Source: Psilocybe cubensis (taxonomy: Eukaryota). Taken from it: a stretch of DNA of 64,000 nucleotides. Within the stretch, counting starts at the first letter, position 1. Every line of letters starts with the position of its first letter. The notes under the pieces were generated by a model. It saw only the letters and a list, made by a program, of their open reading frames with translations. It did no database searches and was not told the DNA's origin. Shown piece after piece: positions 60,441 to 64,000 of the stretch. Position numbers and translations under genes: made by a program. The stretch lies in contig CM039009.1 in assembly GCA_017499595.2 (NCBI GenBank), forward strand, positions 2,480,001 through 2,544,000, written 5' to 3'.

Positions 60441-63400
60441 ATGAAGCTAACCGCCAAAACACTTTTGAAGCGCCGCGCGCAACAAGAAGCCGAAAACGAG
60501 AGCCCTAAACGCCTCCGACCCACTGCACCTCATCTCACGGAATATACCTGTCGAAATTCAACTTCTATTACCCATACAACTATTCTTGCCGACAACGGAC
60601 ATATACCTTCTCTGCAGTCCAAGGAAAAGGTTGAGGCCAAATTACCTCCCAGTGTCTCGGAACCTCCGGCTAAGCCTTTGGAGGTTGGTTGTTTTCACTT
60701 TGGAATTTTCCTGGTGCAACGTTGCTAATTAATATTGTGCACAGCTTACTGAGGAGCTTCAAGCATTCCAGGATAACAAAGACGAACTTTTAGACTATCT
60801 TTTTGAGCGAGAACACCATCCTCTCATTGGAACACCCTGCCAATGTGGTCAGGAAACACGTTTAGTCTGCTGCACGGAATGTCTGGGACACAATGCCACT
60901 TGTCGTCTCTGCTTTATCGCCGCTCATCTCTCAATGCCATGCCACTGGGCTTTGGTTTGGAAAGAAGGGGAACACGGTGGATTCTTTGTGAAGCGAGACA
61001 TATCGCAACTTATTCCAGGTGGCAATTTTGCCATCCCTCTTGGTCATGGAGGTCTTCGGTGTCCGGGCCCAGAAACCGAAGAAGAAAACATGTTCTTCCA
61101 GATAATTGACCACAATGGTGTTCACGATACTCGCATGCACTTCTGTACATGCCTTGGCCGGCCAAATCGTGTACGGCAACTCATCCAGTTCGGTTTTTTC
61201 CCTGCGACACTCAAACAGCCAAAAATGGCATTCACACTCACAGTCCTCAAGCAATTCCACCTGCACCATCTTGAATCAAAGGAATCAGCTTACGATTTTA
61301 TTGGGGCTCTTCGGCGGCTGACCGATAACATGTTTGCAGCCAGTACCACCAATCCTTATCCCCAATTTCTACGGGTAATGCGCTTTTGGCGTGTTTTGAT
61401 TGCTACAAAACGTCTGGGTCAAGCCCACGGTATTGACCAGTTGCTTCCTCATCGGCCACCAGGCAATCTGCTTGTGTTTTGTCCGGCTTGCCCCGAGGCC
61501 GGGCTTAATATGGAGAAGAATTGGGACCAGACACCTAAGGAATTCAGTCATTTAAACCAGATGCAACTTACCCTCGACGGAAATTTTCACGCCAACAGAT
61601 ACAACAAAAATAGTTCTGATGACAATTATTCATTATATGAAGGACGTGCCTACTATCCCACTGATTCCGATTTTAAATCTTATCTGCGTTCTTTACCTGC
61701 TCAAGACATTGCCGACAAGATTGATTGCCCTATCAAAGCTGTGAAGAATCGCAATCTTGTTATGGAGAATCTTTCGGAGACGGGTATAATCAATGTTCAG
61801 TGCCCACATGTCATAGTTGTGTCAACTGTGGATCTTCAACGTGGTGAAAGATTTGCTAACACAGATTATGCTGTGGCCCTGGCGCTCCGCCGGATTAGAG
61901 ACACAGGAAAGAACAACAGTGACCAGTATCTTACCTGGCTGGCAGCGTGGATATCGTATGACATGGTGTGCTCTTACTGGGTGAACATTGTGTCACGTTT
62001 CAAAGTCTACTTCCCTGATCTGGTCGAAATTGTCAAACGTCTTTCGTTTTTAATTCCCCTTGTTCATGTTCATAATCACAAAGAGAATTGTGAATACCTT
62101 TATTCATCTGCGTATCAATCAGGCGCGGGACATTTCCATGGCGAAACAGCAGAACACGAATGGGTTGAACTTAATCAATTGGCACCCCAAGTCCGTCAAA
62201 TGAACAATGGCCATCGTCAAGACACCCTGATTGACCACCACGGGGATTGGAATTTCAAGAAAATGGCGAATATGGCCTCGTCGCTAGAGACAGACATTGT
62301 CCATTCCCGGAAGATTTTTCACAAAAAACGCGATGACTTTATTGGAAAGACAGCACTGTATTCGGATCGTGCCCCGTTATGGAATTGCCTTGATCGTGAA
62401 CTGAGAACGGTTAGCGCAGACAAAGAGATTCAGTGCGTATTCCGACACAAGACAGGAAAAGGTGAGCGATAATCAGCTCGATATTTAACATATCTCATTC
62501 TTGCAGTTCCTTCTCAGGCCAAAATATACGAAGGATTGGTTGACAGATTGAAGAAATTGGCCGACAAATCAGACAACACATTTTTGAACATGGAAAGTTC
62601 TGTACGTCTAATCAATGAGGGCATTATCATTGAACGAAAACAGTATGTGGTTTATATGTCCATTTATAAGCATCTCATGAGTAAGATAGACAGGAGTTGG
62701 CGTCAAAATTAGCATCTGAGGAATATCCCATGGCTCCGAAGGAAATGCTCAGTCATCGTACCAAGCTAGCCAAACTTATCAAAGGATGGAAGACTCTGCA
62801 GCAGGATGTCATGGGCACTGCTCTGTGTAGTGTGGAAACTTCGTCAATTGATAAACCAGAATGCGCAAAACTCTATCTTCCATCTTCATTCTTGGCTACT
62901 GATCGTGCAAAATATGATCTGGAAGGTCTTGCGGCAGACGAGCTTCTCTTACGGAAAGGAAATATCTTTGATACCATTTGCAACATTCAAGATACATCAA
63001 AAACACTATCCTTGATGCGTACTGAGAGGCAACAAAACGACCGTGGACAGACTGCTCGGACACGGTCAAAGTCGAAATTAGAAGATGTAGAACGCCTTCT
63101 AAGCCTGCAAATCCACATATATAATCTCTGTCGGCAAGCTCTTGTGTCCCTAGGCGGTGATGAATACTCCAGCATGTTCCCAGAAATGACTGTAGCCGAC
63201 ACGTACTGGGTACCTACCCATCTTCGACGTGAAATTGGTACGTCAAGAAAGTCAGATGGTCGGATATTCAACCCGGGTATTACTGGCGGGGCGCAAGGGA
63301 GAGCTCCGGGTGTGTCTAATTATCTTGAGTCCACCATGGATGTGATACAAACACAAGGGTCCAAACCCAAACCTAGGAACGACAAAAAGTTGGGCAAAGA

Positions 63401-63941
63401 CAAGAAAGGCACTAATTGTGGTTCTGGCATATCTCCCCCCAAAAACAATGAAAAGGTCAAGAAAGATGGATGGATTTGGTCGCTTGCGGAGCTAGTGAAC
63501 TTGACGCCTGAAGATATCGAGGCCTGGTCCGATGAAAGTGATCGGGTCAAATGGTTTCATGCAGAAGCTGAAATGCGACGTTGGCAAGAAGAGAACAAAA
63601 TCAACCAAGCACAATTTTTACGATGCATCCGTTCATTCCACGTAATGTCCAAGCACTGGACACAACTGGCGAAGATGAATGCTACTGACCCCGGCCGTGT
63701 GGCATATGCAAAAAAAATGTCGGCTCGGTTTTCTCGGTTGGAAAGTGATGCGAAAGAGCGCCTTGTGCGAGCAGGATATCGAGGTTTTTTAGGGTTTAGG
63801 GGGGGAGCGAGCACCGAGCGAAGCGAGGTGCGAGCGACTTGTTTAAACTGTGAGTTAAATGGAAAGAAGGCCAGAGGGCTGTTGGGGGGTACCAACAACC
63901 AGCCCTTTCGTCTTTATAGACTCTTCAGTGGCTATTCTTAG
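60441..63941 (+). CDS. CxC2-KDZ (Kyakuja-Dileera-Zisupton, Kyakuja-type) transposase
   Basis: C.C...C..C...C..C...H...P.H, CxC2 (DHNGVH...FC.C, QL...FFPAT...P..AFT), KDZ core (CPACP, LDGNF, C.H, DLQRGERFANTDY, SYDMVC, HVHNH...C, GE..E..W). Introns 60684-60744, 62462-62506 and 62643-62689. No internal stops; sequence after ~63781 may be foreign. Confidence 0.93.
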
Positions 63942-64000
63942 AAGGAATGTTCTAGACATCCGATGACAGCGCGTGAAGTGATGCTGTGCAGTTGTCATGT

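Noticed and set aside
63788-63800. TTAGGG telomere-like seed (ttagggtttagg)
   Set aside because: Fewer than two perfect units; not significant.

Overview
Intron-rich fungal genomic DNA (short GT-AG introns of about 50-65 nt; gene families typical of Agaricomycete mushrooms) from a transposon-dominated region. Left to right: (1) a complete ~16-kb CACTG-ended CACTA/En-Spm DNA transposon (1933-17995, 27-bp TIRs, TAA target duplication) carrying a Tnp2-type transposase and five other genes, including a WD40 protein and a stand-alone nucleotidyltransferase-like protein; (2) an isolated URA2/CPS fragment; (3) four F-box-like/LRR-like paralogs, one hit by a young intact Copia retrotransposon (24238-29864) and cut off by a small non-autonomous LTR element; (4) an intact mitochondrial Hsp60 gene with a heat-shock element; (5) RCC1 and membrane-protein pseudogenes and a Mutator-like MITE with a 9-bp TSD; (6) a multi-gene module ending in a CxC2-KDZ (Kyakuja-type) transposase. 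One gene of that module is split by a 2.7-kb insert with 842-bp inverted arms. The most unusual signal is about 20 copies of a covarying bulged hairpin (variable stem, TC/TT bulge, GAC-N5-GTC) in paired arrays on the sense strand upstream of each of the three KDZ-linked accessory genes. All calls were made by eye; family assignments rest on remembered motifs, not searches.
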